Source: Azolla caroliniana (taxonomy: Eukaryota > Plantae > Polypodiophyta). From it: a DNA stretch of 64,000 nt. Made by a program: the position numbers and the translations under genes. The DNA lies in the NCBI GenBank assembly GCA_043228905.1, contig JBHGNT010000006.1:11346001-11410000 (forward strand), written 5' to 3'. The notes below the pieces were generated by a model. It did no database searches. It was not told the origin of the DNA and saw nothing but the letters and a program-made list of their open reading frames with translations. Below, piece after piece: positions 22,314-35,100 of the stretch (position 1 is its first letter; each line of letters opens with the position of its first letter).

Positions 22314-24029
22314 ATGGTGTAGAAGCCATCATATGCCCAAGTTGCAGTTGAAGGTGAGGAGGACGAGATGAATGATAAATATTGGGAGACAATCCATGTT
22401 GTTGCAAACCAAGCGTTACATGATGTGCTACCTGATGATGAAGATATTTTGGTGGACGCAATGACTGATGATATTGTGGAGGTGGAGCTGCCTCGCAAGG
22501 ACATCTTGAAGGCCTTTTCCATGTTCCATGATCGACGTATCTTTTGTCTTTTGCAAGACAAAAGAGGACTTTAACAACATATATGGTCTATCGCTAGAGG
22601 GTATTGACCCTGCTGTTCTAACAAATAAATTGATTAGCGATGCAGATTGGTTGTCAGTCTATAAAGTGCCCAGAGTGAAAGGCAAGGTGAACTCAAACAT
22701 GTACGATCGAAGATGTATGAATACTGCATGAGGCTCCACCAGAAAGTACATCAAGAGATTCCGGTGTCGTGGAGAAAACCGCCCCTAGGAGGAATCAAGA
22801 GGAGGCGTGACCCAATCCTTTTCGTGTGTGTGTGTGTGTTTGGAAAGATTCCTCTAGTTGATTGGGTGTGTCAATGGTTAAAAGTTATGGTGGGTAGAAA
22901 TACCGTGGAGGATGTGTATAAAGGTCTAAGAGGTTTTTCTGAGGTTATATTTTTCACTGAAGAACAAAGAGATAGATTATTATCCTGTATCCCAGTTTTC
23001 TTCAATAATAAGTTGGTATACATTGTTCCATGGCGACCATTAGCAGATTTTGAAGAGATTTTGAAGCAAGAGTGTCCAATATGGGTTGAAGTAGAGTGTA
23101 AGTTCTCATTTTTGTGGCCCATTATACAAAGTGTAATGGAACAACATGGAAAAGTGATAGTTGCTCCAAATCCAAAAGCGCATAATAGATATAGGTTATG
23201 TATGTTGTGGAATACAACTAAGAAGAGACCTTTGTGGTTAAATATAAAATCAGAGGAAATGCGGTCATTTCGTTGCCAATTGCATTGGGGTTCATTTGCT
23301 AGTCATTGTTTCAAATGTGGTGAATTGGGTCATTTTATGACTGAATGTCAATAAACACCAGTCAGCGAGGTTCCTAATACCCCTTGTTGTGATATGGTAA
23401 TGCTAAATCAAGTACAACAAGAACATGAGAGGAACAAAAGTCAGGAGGTAAACATAGGTAAAGGAGACACTATAGTGCCTTTGGAGCAAAAAGGTAAAAG
23501 TGTTGTAGAAGAAGTGCTAGAAGAGTCTGAAATTGAGGAAAGACCTTGGACCAAGGTTGGTGCTAATGGCAGGTTCTCACGATATCACAAGGAGAATGTT
23601 CCATTGCAACAAAGACAAGAGCTCATAGGTTCATCTAGCAATCCTATGGGGTTATCAAAGGTGATTTCCAATCAATCTCAACGAAAATCAAAACCTTGGC
23701 ACAGGTCCCAGTATCAATCAAATCAAGGATCAAAATCTTTTAACCTTCGATTTGATAAAACTAGTAAACTCATTTCCCCATTAGAGAAGCAACCTTGGAA
23801 AGGAGATACTTCAAGAGTCATAGAGACATCGGTCAATAACCAGCTACCATCTGTGCAAAATGCTTTTGCAGTCTCAAGTGATTATTTTGGAGATATCCCA
23901 AAGATATTAGCTCAACGGGAACGCGATCTGGTTCTGAAGAAGTAACCTAATTAGTGTGGATGAAGATAGTCACGTGGAATGTAAGGGGTGTTTGTTCTCC
24001 TTCCAAGAATTTTGGTATGTGGAAAAATG
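22314..24029 (+). mobile_element. L1-type LINE fragment: degenerate ORF1 (22314-23945) and start of ORF2 endonuclease (23960-24029)
   Basis: ORF1 has SYAQVA, a GF.EVIF...PW...CPIWVE region and the zinc knuckle CFKCGELGHFMTEC. ORF2 begins MKIVTWNVRG, the canonical APE N-terminal motif, 14 bp after the ORF1 stop. Confidence 0.85.
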
Positions 24030-25003
24030 TTAGGCATACCTTAGGCATACCCCCGAGGTGCCTTTTAAGTACCTGAGTATCCTTTTCACCATTGCCCAGT
24101 GTTCTCGTCCTGGATTACTCATGTATTGGCTTATTGTTCGCACAGAAAATGCTATGTCTGGTCTCGTGCAGACCATAGCGTACATTAAGCTCCCGATGGT
24201 TGATGCATATGGTACCTTCCTCATCTCAGCCTTCTCTTTCTCCCCTCTCAGGCATTTCTTGGCATTCAACTTGCAGTTTGTCGGCAACACCAAGCCGACT
24301 GGCTTGGCTTCCGACATGTTGAACCTTTCTAGGATCTTCGTCACATACTTCTGTTGTGACAACCACAACACTTTCTTAGTTTTGTCCTGAACTATGTGCA
24401 TCCCCAATATCTGTTTAGCAGGTCCAAGATCTTTCATGGAAAACGATTTTCCTAGAGCTTTCTTCAAGCTTCCAATCTTCCTTGTGTCTTGACTGACTAT
24501 CAACATGTCATCTACATATAATAGAAGAATCAAGAAGTCACCTTCATCGTACCTTTTGACGAACACATAGTGATCCGCCTATGTTTTCTGGAACCCATGT
24601 TCCACCATGAAGGATCCGAACTTCTTGTACCACTGGTGTGGAGCTTGTTTCAAACCATACAAGCTTTTCTTCAGACGACACACCAAGTTCTCTTTCCCTT
24701 TCTCCTCAAAGCCTTCAGGTTGCTGCATGTAGATCTCTTCATCTAGCTCCCTGTGCAAGAATGTTGTCTTGACATCCAATTGTTCGATCTCCAGGTCCAT
24801 ACTGGCAGCTATGCTCAGAACAATTTGGATGGATGTCATCTTCATGATTGGTGTGAATATTTCGTCAAAGTTGACGCCATTTTTCTGTTGGAAACCCTTC
24901 ACCACAATGCGAGCTTTACACCTGGGCGCACTGTCGTCACCTTGTAGACCCATTTATTCCTGAGTGCTCTCTTACCTTTTGGCAGCTCTACTAGGTCATA
25001 GGT
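24030..25003 (-). pseudogene. Copia reverse-transcriptase fragment
   Basis: KARIVVKGFQQK, LDVKTTFL, LYVDDML, YAMVCTRPDI; paralogous to the 5797-9897 RT; no LTRs. Confidence 0.9.
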
Positions 25004-25131
25004 GGGTGAAAGCAAGCGAGTGGAAACAATTAGCTATGTCCTTGACATAGCTAATTAGCTATGGAAAAAACTACCATTGATAAATAGTCATTTTTGCAAA
25101 AAGCTACCATTGAAAGCATAATCTACCACAG

Positions 25132-25690
25132 TTCGATTTGACTGAGTTCACTCCTCCATTGCCATCATTCTACAGTCAATTGCTGCTACTATTCGGTCTT
25201 GGATTGCCGCCACTTTCGATTTGACTGAGTTCACTCATCCATTTCCATCATTCTACACTTAGTTGCCGCTACTGTTTGTTCGTGTATTGCTGCCACTTTT
25301 CGATCCGAGGGAGTTCACTCCTTCTCCACTGGAACCATTGTACTCTCAATTGTCGTCATTGTGCATTCCAAGCATCATCTGCCACTTTTCGATCTGACGG
25401 AGCTTACTCCTCCATTGCCATCATTCTACATTCAGTTGCCGCTATTGTTCGGTCCTAGATTGTTGCCACTTTTCGATTTGCCGGAGTTCACTCATCCATT
25501 GCCATCATTCTACACTCAGTTACCGCTACTTTTCGGTCGTGTATTACTGCCACTTTTCGATCTGAAGGAGTTCACTCTTCCACTGCTGCCATTCTACTCT
25601 CAGTTGTCGTCACTCCTCCACTACCCCCATTCTACACTCAATTGCCGCCACTATTCAGCCTTGGATTATTGCCACTGTTCAGTCTTGGAT
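25132..25690. repeat. About 85-bp tandem repeat, about 6 copies
   Basis: Unit TTCGATTTGACTGAGTTCACTCCTCCATTGCCATCATTCTACACTCAGTTGCCGCTACT... recurs near 25132, 25215, 25299, 25387, 25472 and 25556. Confidence 0.85.
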
Positions 25691-25842
25691 TTGAATAACT
25701 ATTCTGTCTATTGATTATCTTTTGTATTGTTGTGTATAATCTTGTGTATTGCGGAATATTTTTGTGTATTGTTGTTGCCCATAGCCATCTTTAATACCTA
25801 GTTAATTTTTAGGAAAATTAGGGTTTAAACCCGTCAAGCCAA

Positions 25843-28800
25843 ATGGAAGGGAAAGGAGGGTGTTTAGAATTACCCCTCAATGATCATCAGGATAGAGATG
25901 ACGCTATCAAGACACAACAAGCGATACGAAAGTATTGGGTAGAAATAAAAAGATAACATCGTCAATTGTTGAAGGATACGAAAGCCACACTCACTAAAGG
26001 TAAAGATAATATTGGTTGTGATATAGGTCTAAATATCACTGAGAATGGAAGTAATGAGACTACTATCATAGAGAGAAAGGTTGCAGACTATTTCAATGTT
26101 CAAACCAAACACATCCGCAATGAAGACAAGAAGGTAGTACTTTATGGAATATTAAATTATCCATCGATAAAGTAGTTAGTTGATTGTGATGGTCTTAATG
26201 CAAACATAACATCTGTACTAGTAAATAATCTCCGTAATAGTTTCGTATCCATGAGCAAGTCAAAAGATGATCTTGTCTTAAAAAGGTCTAGTCTAATGAT
26301 GTTTCGTAATAGTGATGTTGACGATATTAATATCAGTATACTATCTAAGGTAATTGGTGTTAGAAGACAAAGTGTGTACAATACATTGAACCGGATCGTT
26401 TCCTCGGGTGAAGGAACTAGTTTGTTAAAGCTAACAACAAAATGTAAGCCAATGACACCCATAACATCAGAAATCAAGGATATAATCACAATATTTTAGA
26501 CTACTGAGAGTAGGGTTTCACCCAATAAGAAGGATTTATGCAGGAAACGTGTTGGAAGGAGTCAATACGAGGAACATCCCATTCATCTTCTTGATGTACC
26601 TCAGGTATTTACATTTATCTCAACATTTGTTTTGACTTTTGAGCTTAGTTAGTTAGCTTATTAGCTACCTCCGAATATGACCATACCCGAATAGCTAATT
26701 ACCTACCTCAGAATATGACCATAGCTAACTAGCTACCAGTAACAACTAATTAGCTCCCTAAGAATATTGCTACCAGAATAGCTATTTAGCTATCATAATA
26801 GCTAATTACTTGCCTATAACAATAGCTAATTAGTTGCTTATGACTATAGTTAATTAGCTACCAGAATTGCTAATCCCCTACTAGAATAGCCACTGTACTA
26901 AACTATGGTAGTAGCTAATTAGCTACTATACTAAACTATGGTAGTAGCTAATTAGCTACTATACTAAACTATGGTAGTAGCTAATAAGCTACTATACTAA
27001 ACTATGGTAGTAGTTAATTAGCTACCACTTAGCTAATTAGCTACTCAGCTAAAGTATGGTAGTAGCTAATTGGTTATTGTGCTAAACTATGGTAGTAGCT
27101 AATTAGCTACTCAGCTAAAGTATGGTAGTAGCTAGTTAGCTAAGTGGTAGCTAATTAGCTATTGTACTAGACTATGGTAGTAGCTAATTAGCTACCACTT
27201 AGCTAATTAGCTATTGTACTAAACCATGGTAGTAGTTAATTAGCTACCATTTAGCTTATTAGCTATAGTACTAGACTATGGTAGTAGCTAATTAGCTACC
27301 ACTTAGCTAATTAGCGACTCAACTAAACTATGGTAGTAGCTAATTAGCTACCATTTAGCTAATTAGCTACTCAGCTAAAGTATGGTAGTAGCTAATTAGC
27401 TACCACATAGCTAATTACCTACTTAACTAAAGTATGGTAATAGCTAATTAGCTAAGTGGTAGCTAATTATCTACTCAACTAAACTATGATAGTAGCGAAT
27501 TAGCTACCACCTAGCTAATTAGCTACTATACTAAAGTATGTTAGTAGCTAATTAGCTACCACTTAGCTTATTAGCTACTATACTAAAGTATGGTAATACC
27601 TAATTAGCTACCACTTAGCTTATTAGCTACTGTACTAAACTATGGTAGTAACTAATTAGCTACCACTTAGTTTATTAGCTATTGTACTAAACTATGGTAG
27701 TAGCTAATTAGCTACCACTTAGCTATGAAGCTAATCAGTATGTCTATTTTATTACCCAAGTCGATTTATTTATTAGGTTCAAGCGAATGCATCCAAATAT
27801 CAAAGTTTAACTACGAACATTCGAGTCTCTTAAGCCACACTTTGTGAGGCACATGAAGGATCGATACACATATTGTTGCATTTAGCATGTACAAATGGGT
27901 TTTCTCAAGGACTCTATTAATCTACTACGTCACCATAGCGCCTCCCTAACTAATGCAGTTTGCAGTTGTGAGTGCCCAATTTGTCGATCGAGCCCACATG
28001 AGCACTGTAAATCATCTGAGCATGTTATCTCTTCCATGAGTTCCCTTTTAGATTCGGTATTGTGTTCGAGAGAAACTAAGGCCATCTTCCACAGTCATAA
28101 ATGTGTCCTGGATTTATGTCAAGATTGTGGCCCTAGTAGATTTAGGTGGTGTCCAAATGAATTGAGTAGTGAAATATTAATCTCTGTCAAGTTATTTGAG
28201 TGAGTTGACAACAGTTTCGAAGGAAAGGTGTGTAAAAGAAAGGATCTAGTTAGGAAGTCGCTTAAACCAAAGGATTTGGCATGTCCCTATTTGCAGTATC
28301 TCTAGGAAAGTTCATTAAACACAACTTCATTTATTCATGGCAAACCCGTCAGTTTAAGACTTGCATATTTGATTTTTCAAATGATGTATTAGTCTCAGTA
28401 GTAGATTTCGTAGAGAATTATACTTTCAAGCAGCAGAATGAAATTCAATCTATGCATTGTTGTTCAACGCATGTAACCATTTTTGTGCACATAACATATT
28501 TTTGAGTTTCAGATGATGTTTAAAACGTGATTCATTTTTTTATTTCTGATGATAAGAAGCATGATACCTTGTTCGTCCAACATTGTTTTAACTTACATTG
28601 GCAATGGCTATTAGCTAAACGTCTGGAGTTTACTCAACATTGGGTCTGGTCTGATGGACCTGTTTCACAATTTAAGGCTAGACGTCAATTTGATTTTGCG
28701 GTGAGGTATCCTGCTATAACAGGTTTGGAGATGAGATGGAATTTTGTTGGGTCTGGCCATGGTAAAGGTCCTGATGGACCTGCGTCACGTCCTAAGAATA

Positions 28801-30719
28801 TTGCTACCACAATAGCTATTTAGCTACCACAATAGCTAATTAGCTGCCTATAACAATAGCTAATTAGCTACTTATGACTATAGCTAATTAGCTACCAGAA
28901 TTGCTAATCCCCTACTAGAATAGCCATTGTACTAAACTATGGTAGTAGCTAATTAGCTACTATACTAAACTATGGTAGTAACTAATTAGCTACTTTATTA
29001 AACTATGGTAGTAGCTAATTAGCTACCACTTAGTTAATTAGCTACTGAGCTAAAGTATGGTAGTAGCTAATTAGCTACCACTTAGCTAATTACCTATTGT
29101 ACTAAACTATGGTAGTAGCTAACTAGCTACCACTTAGCTAATTAGCTATTCAGCTAAGGATGGTAGTAGCTAATTAGCTACTGTACTAAACTATGGTAGT
29201 AGCTAATTAGTTACTCAACTAAAGTATGGTAGTAGCTAATTAACTAAATGGTAGTAGATTTAGGTGGTGTCCAAATGAATTGAGTAGTGAAATATTAATC
29301 TTTGTCAAGTTATTTGAGTGAGTTGACACAATTTCGAAGGAAAGGTGTGTAAAAGAAAGGATCTAGTTAGGAAGTCACTTAAACCAAAGGGATTTGGCGT
29401 CCCTATTTGTAGTATTTCTAGGAAAGTTCATTAAACACAACTTCATTTATTCATGGCAAGCCCGTCAGTTTAAGACTTGCATATTTGATTTTCCAAATGA
29501 TGTATTAGTCTCAGTAGTAGATTTCGCAGAGAATTATACTTTCAAGCAGCAGAATGAAATTCAATCTATGCATTGTTGTTCAACGCATGTAACCATTTTT
29601 GTGCACATAACATATTTTTGAGTTTCAGATGATGTTAAAAAAGTGATTCATTTTTTTATTTCTGATGATAAGAAGCATGATACCTTGTTCGTCCAACATT
29701 GTTTTAACTTACATTGGCAATGGCTATTAGCTAAACGTCTGGAGTTTACTCAACATTGGGTCTGGTCTGATGTACCTGTGTCACAATTTAAGGCTAGACG
29801 TCCATTTTATTTTGCGGTGAGGTATCCTGCTATAACAAGTTTGGAGATAAGATGGAATTTTGTTGGGTCTGGCCATGGTAAAGGTGAACAGGATGGTGCA
29901 GGTGTTGTTATAAAATGGTCACTTACCCATGAACAACTAAAGGCAGATGGTGTGCAGATGAATTGTGCAGCACATGTAGTTGAATTTTTAAGAGCTAATA
30001 TGTCAACGAGTGCAATTGGTGTTTATTCCTTGCAGGTCCGAGATATCTAACGTGAATTTTTGGTAGTGAAGATAGATGAAGTAAATAGGGAGAAGACCTG
30101 GGAGTGCCAAGGAATTCCTGAATTGCGATCTCTCCATGTTGTTCACGGTTATTCTAGGTTGGATGGTCATTGTATTGCGGTTAGAGAATTTACTTGTTTT
30201 TGCTTCCATTGTGTGCAGGGAAATTTGAGGTACTGTTTAAACAAAGCATATATTCAGAATTGGGAGTATCATACATTGAATGATAAGGAAGTAGTTGATG
30301 GAGAAACAGAAAAGAATGTTGACTTCACATATCAAGGACGTGGAGATACTCTAAGTGATGTCTTAAATGTTGGGGATAATTTCGCTGTAAATGCAGAAGA
30401 AGGCAATTCAGAGGGTGTTGATTTCTATATATTGAAGTGCACGGTTAGTAAACAGTGTGCAACGCAGAATATATTAGATGCTTGGGGAAATGTTGTATCT
30501 ACCGGCACATTCTACATCGAAGGAATTTTTTGTGCAAGACTAAATGATTACGATTATGTGTATAGGCTATTAGAAGACAAACCAGTGGCGTACATCTACT
30601 CTCATTTGGTCAGGTGCATCAATGTCCCAATGTCACAATACAATAGTTGCTCAGGTTTATACACAGTTAGTGCTAATGTGTATGAATGTATTTACAACAG
30701 TATGCCATGGAATTTGTAG
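25843..30719 (+). pseudogene. Sola-like transposase pseudogene with an intron (about 26605-27759) and an internal duplication
   Basis: Motifs FKRMHP.IK...FESLKPHFV, a Cys-rich segment, VVDFAENY...QNEIQSMH, FISDDKKHD, WSDGP.SQFK, WNF.GSGHGKGEQDGAG and CFCFHC. The D...SDG..SQFK...HGKG..DG pattern matches Sola-group transposases as I recall them. Multiple stops are present. Confidence 0.65.
26640..27730. repeat. Palindrome-rich satellite (TAGCTAATTAGCTA core; AAACTATGGTAGTAGCTAATTAGCTAC units) in the transposase intron; partial second copy at 28791-29253
   Basis: Dozens of copies of the 14-bp palindrome TAGCTAATTAGCTA in 32-51-bp units. Confidence 0.9.
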
Positions 30720-31099
30720 CTACAAGTAGCAAATACCAGTTTTCTTGTAAAACAAACAAAGCACATGAATTGCAAATAAACAGTTTAATGGACCTGTTTG
30801 GGAGTTTTTTCTTTGATATACAGTCTACTTTTTGTGTTTCTTTCTCAATAAAATCGTGTGTCTTTTTTATATACAATCTTCTTTCTGATATACAGTTTAA
30901 TAATATTGTAAATAAGGTTCTTCTTTCTGAGATACAGATTTACTCAAGTGAACCATGTACAAGTTAAAATAGTTTGCATAATTTTAAGAAAAAGCACTAT
31001 CTTGAAATCAGCAATCCTAAACATACTCTTAAAATTACACAGTAGATAAGTTACTCAAAACAAGCAATTTAATTCTTCATTGATTAATATGTCATCAAA

Positions 31100-32125
31100 T
31101 TACATATTTATAACATCCCATTGCCAATGTCTTCAAATTGCCTATAAACAGCTAAGCTTTTGTTGGTCAGTGGAACTTCTCTACATATATGATCTGCACA
31201 CTGAGCTCAGTATGGAGTCCACAACCATGTAGCTAGTTGGTAGCTCAATGTTTTCACCAAATAGTGTTCAGGCATTTCACTAGGTAGAATGAGACAGCAT
31301 CTACGAATGTTGAAGTAATGCCGAAAATGTTTTGTATCTAGAATCAACGTATTGTCGGCATTATAATCTGGCCAAGTGGCCCAAAAATTAGAAAGTCTTT
31401 TGAACCTTGCAACATCCTTCTGCTCACAATTCTCTCGTGTCCACTAATCCTTGAAATGTTGTCGCCACTTCGGGAAGAATCTTTCTACACACTTCCACAC
31501 ATCTGTACGTGTTTTTTTACTCCAAATAAACAAATCAAAGTATTGCACAACCCACTCCAAAAATTGATTTGCGTCCCTCCTTGGTGTCATATAGTGCACA
31601 CTCATCAGGACTTTATCAACCTCCAAGATCAAGGCTCTTCTTTCAACTTCTAATGGTTTAGGTTTCCATTCATGTAAATGAGCCTCTGTTACACCAATTA
31701 CTGGTAGCACACGATCAATTGCAATCAACTCAGGTTCTATCGGCACAATTGGTTTCCCTTTCCTCGTCAAACCCCTGGTCAACTGTGTTGGGCCTGGCTT
31801 CACATTCTGGTGCTCTTGTGTTGTCAACTTAGTCATTGGCTCGGTGCACACTGCATGTAGATACTGATCTGGTCGATATCAGCCCACTGGTATCACATGC
31901 TGCATCTACCTGCAAAATCAGATCATCTGTGCAACATGCTTGATCAACTTGTGTGACCAGATCATTTGTGTCAGTTGCTACATCTACTTTGAAGATGTGG
32001 CCCTCTAAACACGCAACAACATCAACAGTTTCCACACTGCCATCGGCCTTAGGAGCAATAGATTCAAACCCTTTAGACTCTATGACATCAGAAAACACCA
32101 ACATATTCACACTCACAAAGTAACT
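31100..32125 (-). pseudogene. FCP1/NIF (HAD-fold CTD-phosphatase-like) domain ORF, degenerate
   Basis: Reading through the stop at 31446 gives RALILEVDKVL...PRRDANQFLEWVVQYFDLFIWS...HFKD*WTRENC...FKRLSNFWATWPDYNADNTLILD...FN...LILP. This follows the NIF motif order (LxLDxDxxL; RP..FL...F...IWS; R..C; K.L..W...Y...NTLxxD). Confidence 0.65.
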
Positions 32126-35100
32126 AACAGTGGAAGACTCGTTCCGCGGCATGTTTAAGCTAACTGGCTCCAACTACTTAGTTTGGAAGTCGAAGATGAG
32201 AGACATGCTCGTGTGCAAAGACCTCTGGTTGCCGGTGCAATTCGGAGATAAAAGACTACACAAGATCGATGCAATGACTTGGGAAGTGTTGCATCTGAAG
32301 GCGGACGCATATATAAGGTGTTTTATAGACATGAGTCTATACAACAACTTCAACGAACAAATAGAAGCAAACGTCCTATGGAAGAAGATTGGCATCATGT
32401 TCAAAAACAAGAACGTCGTGAACCGAGTCCTAGTATTTCGAAAAATCGTGAGGCTTCAGTATCAGAATGGCTCTAGTATGGCGAAGCACATCAATTTCTT
32501 TTAAGGATTGATGAACCAAACCACCTCTCTAGAAGTACCTCTGGCCAATGAGGTATTAGCATTATTGTTGTTGGGATCCCTTCAGGATAGTTGGGAGACG
32601 CTCGTTGTCAATTTGGGCAACGCATAGCCAGAAGGGAAGCATCTATCCCTAGAGTAGGTGAAGTCGAGCTTGCTAAATGAAGAAGTTCTCCAGAAGGACT
32701 GTGAGTCTAATACCGACCAGAAGGCCTTAGTCACGGAAGGTTACACAATTTGGGGGAGAGGCCAAAATCGAAGTCCCCATAACCGAGATAAGTTGGGGAC
32801 CAAGTCGAAGTCGAGGGGGAGACCCACGTGCATCTATTGTGGAAAGCCAGGGCACTTCCAGAAAAACTACCGACACTTTCGAAAGGAGAAAGGGGGACCT
32901 GATGGTGTAGAGTCGAAGAAAATCCCAGACAGGAAGAACGCCTCAGCAATCGCCGCGAGTGAGGATGAGCTATTGCTCATTAGTGCGCAAAACGAAGTAA
33001 ATCTCGCCGGCGAAGAATCGACATGGGTGGTCGATTCAAGTGCGTCATTCCACCTAACCCCTGACCGAAAGTGCTTCTCATCCTACAGAGCCAAAGATCT
33101 TGAATTTGTAAAGATGGGAAATGAAGGAGCATCCCGAATCATCGGCATTGGAGATCTGTTTTTGGAAACCTCAACCGGGTGCAGACTCGTGTTGAGAGAT
33201 GTACGACACGTTCTGGAGGTTCAATTGAACCTAATATCAGTCGGTCGGCTAGATGATGAAGGCTACACGGGTAGCATCCAACACGGTGTCATGAAGTTCT
33301 GTCGCGGATGCCTGATTGTGGCTTCAGCTCGGAAGACCAACATACTATACATAATGAATGCTCGAATATGCCGTGGTGAAGTAAACACAGCAGCTGACAA
33401 GGTCGGTGAAATGTGGCACATGAGGTTGTGTCATATGAGCCAGAAGGGGATGCGAAAGCTTGCCGAGGACAACCTCATTCATAGGGTGAAGAACGTGCAA
33501 CTTGAGAAGTGCACGGACTGCTTGGTCGATAAGCAGAATCGAACATCCTTCCGAACGAGGCCCCCGATGAGGAAGAAAATGTCGTTGGAAATTGTGCATA
33601 CTGACGTATGCTATGTGGACACGAAGTCAGATGGTGGTTCACAGTATTTCATAACCTTCGTCGATGATTGTAGCCGGAAGTTGTGGCCTTCCGTGCGGAA
33701 GGCGAGGACCAAAGGGGGAAGTTGGACCCAAAATCTCGGCCATGCATATTTCTTGGCTACGACAATGATGATTTTGGCTATCGGCTATGGGACTTAGCCG
33801 AGAAGAAAGTGATTCGGAGCGGTGGCATTGTCTTCATGGAGGAAAATACAATAGTTGACGAGGAGATTGAGAATAAGTCTCCAACTACCGAATCGAACCG
33901 AGTCGACGCTCGGCCGAATCAAGTAGAAGCCAATTCGATCGAAATTGAATATGAGCTAGTCGACCGAGTTAGTACTCAGCAAAATTGAGAACTAACTGAA
34001 GAACAAGGGGAAACGGCCGAACACGGAACCGAATTCGAATCGGCGGAAGAAGTCGAAGAAGAACCGACCATGTTGAATGGAGGCCGAAGATACCCCCTAA
34101 GAGAAAGGAGGTCCCCTTGAAGATTTCCAGATGTAGAGCGTGTACTGCTAACCGATGAGGGGGAGCCGGAAAGCTTTGAAGAAGCCAAGGAAGATGCCCA
34201 CAATCAAAAGTGGCTTAGTGCCATGCAAGAGGAGATGGATTCTTTGCATGAGAACCACACAAATGAACTGACCGAACTGCCGAGAGGAAAGAAGGCACTT
34301 TGGAATAAATGGGTATACAAGTTGAAACCAGGAGATGGCAGGAATCCACCCAGGTACAAAGCACGAATCGTCGTGAAAGGTTTTCGGCAGAAGATGGGTG
34401 TCAATTTCGACGAAATATTTGCCCGTGTTGAGCATCGTGGCCAACATGGATCTCGAAGTCGAGCAATTGGATGTCAAGACTGCATTTCTACACGATGATC
34501 TTGAAGAGGAGATCTATATGCACCAGCCAGAAGGATTTGTGGAGAAAGGTAAAGAGAACCTGGTATGCCGATTAAGGAAGAGCTTGTACGGGTTGAAGCA
34601 AGCACCTCGACAATGGTACCGAAAATTTGAATCCTTCATGACCGACAAAGGGTACCACAAAACGCAAGCCGATCACTGTGTATTTGTGAAGAAATTTGAC
34701 GGAGGAGATTTCATCATCCTTCTATTGTACGTGGACGACATGCTGATTGTCGGACGGGACCATACGAAGATCCAAGTGTTGAAGAAGGCCTTGAGCAGAT
34801 CGTTTTCGATGAAGGATATGGGTCCGGCAAAGCAAATCCTAGGGATGCACATTGTTCAGGATCGAACAAAGAAATTGTTGTGGTTGTCACAAGAAAAATA
34901 TGTGACAAAGGTGCTCCAGAGATTCGGCATGGAAAGTGTGAAACCAATCGGCTCGGCACTGCCGACAAACTGCAAGCTAAGCAAAGAACAATGTCTGAAA
35001 TCGAAAACCGAGAAGGTTGAGATGTCAAAGGTTCCTTATGCCTTGGCAGTCGGAAGCCTAATATACGCGATGGTATGTACCAGGCCTACCACTCGAGGAC

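Larger units (their letters stand above)
25004..32125 (+). mobile_element. Putative Sola-like DDD DNA transposon region (right end lost at a copia junction)
   Basis: Begins abruptly where the copia RT fragment ends, has subterminal tandem repeats and degenerate transposase exons, and carries a convergent second ORF. Only one terminus is visible, so TIRs and TSD cannot be confirmed. Confidence 0.6.

Noticed and set aside
25132-25690. Regularly spaced repeats resembling a CRISPR array
   Set aside because: The whole units are homologous with no unique spacers, the context is eukaryotic and there are no cas genes. It is a tandem repeat, and its 117-aa ORF is a repeat artefact.
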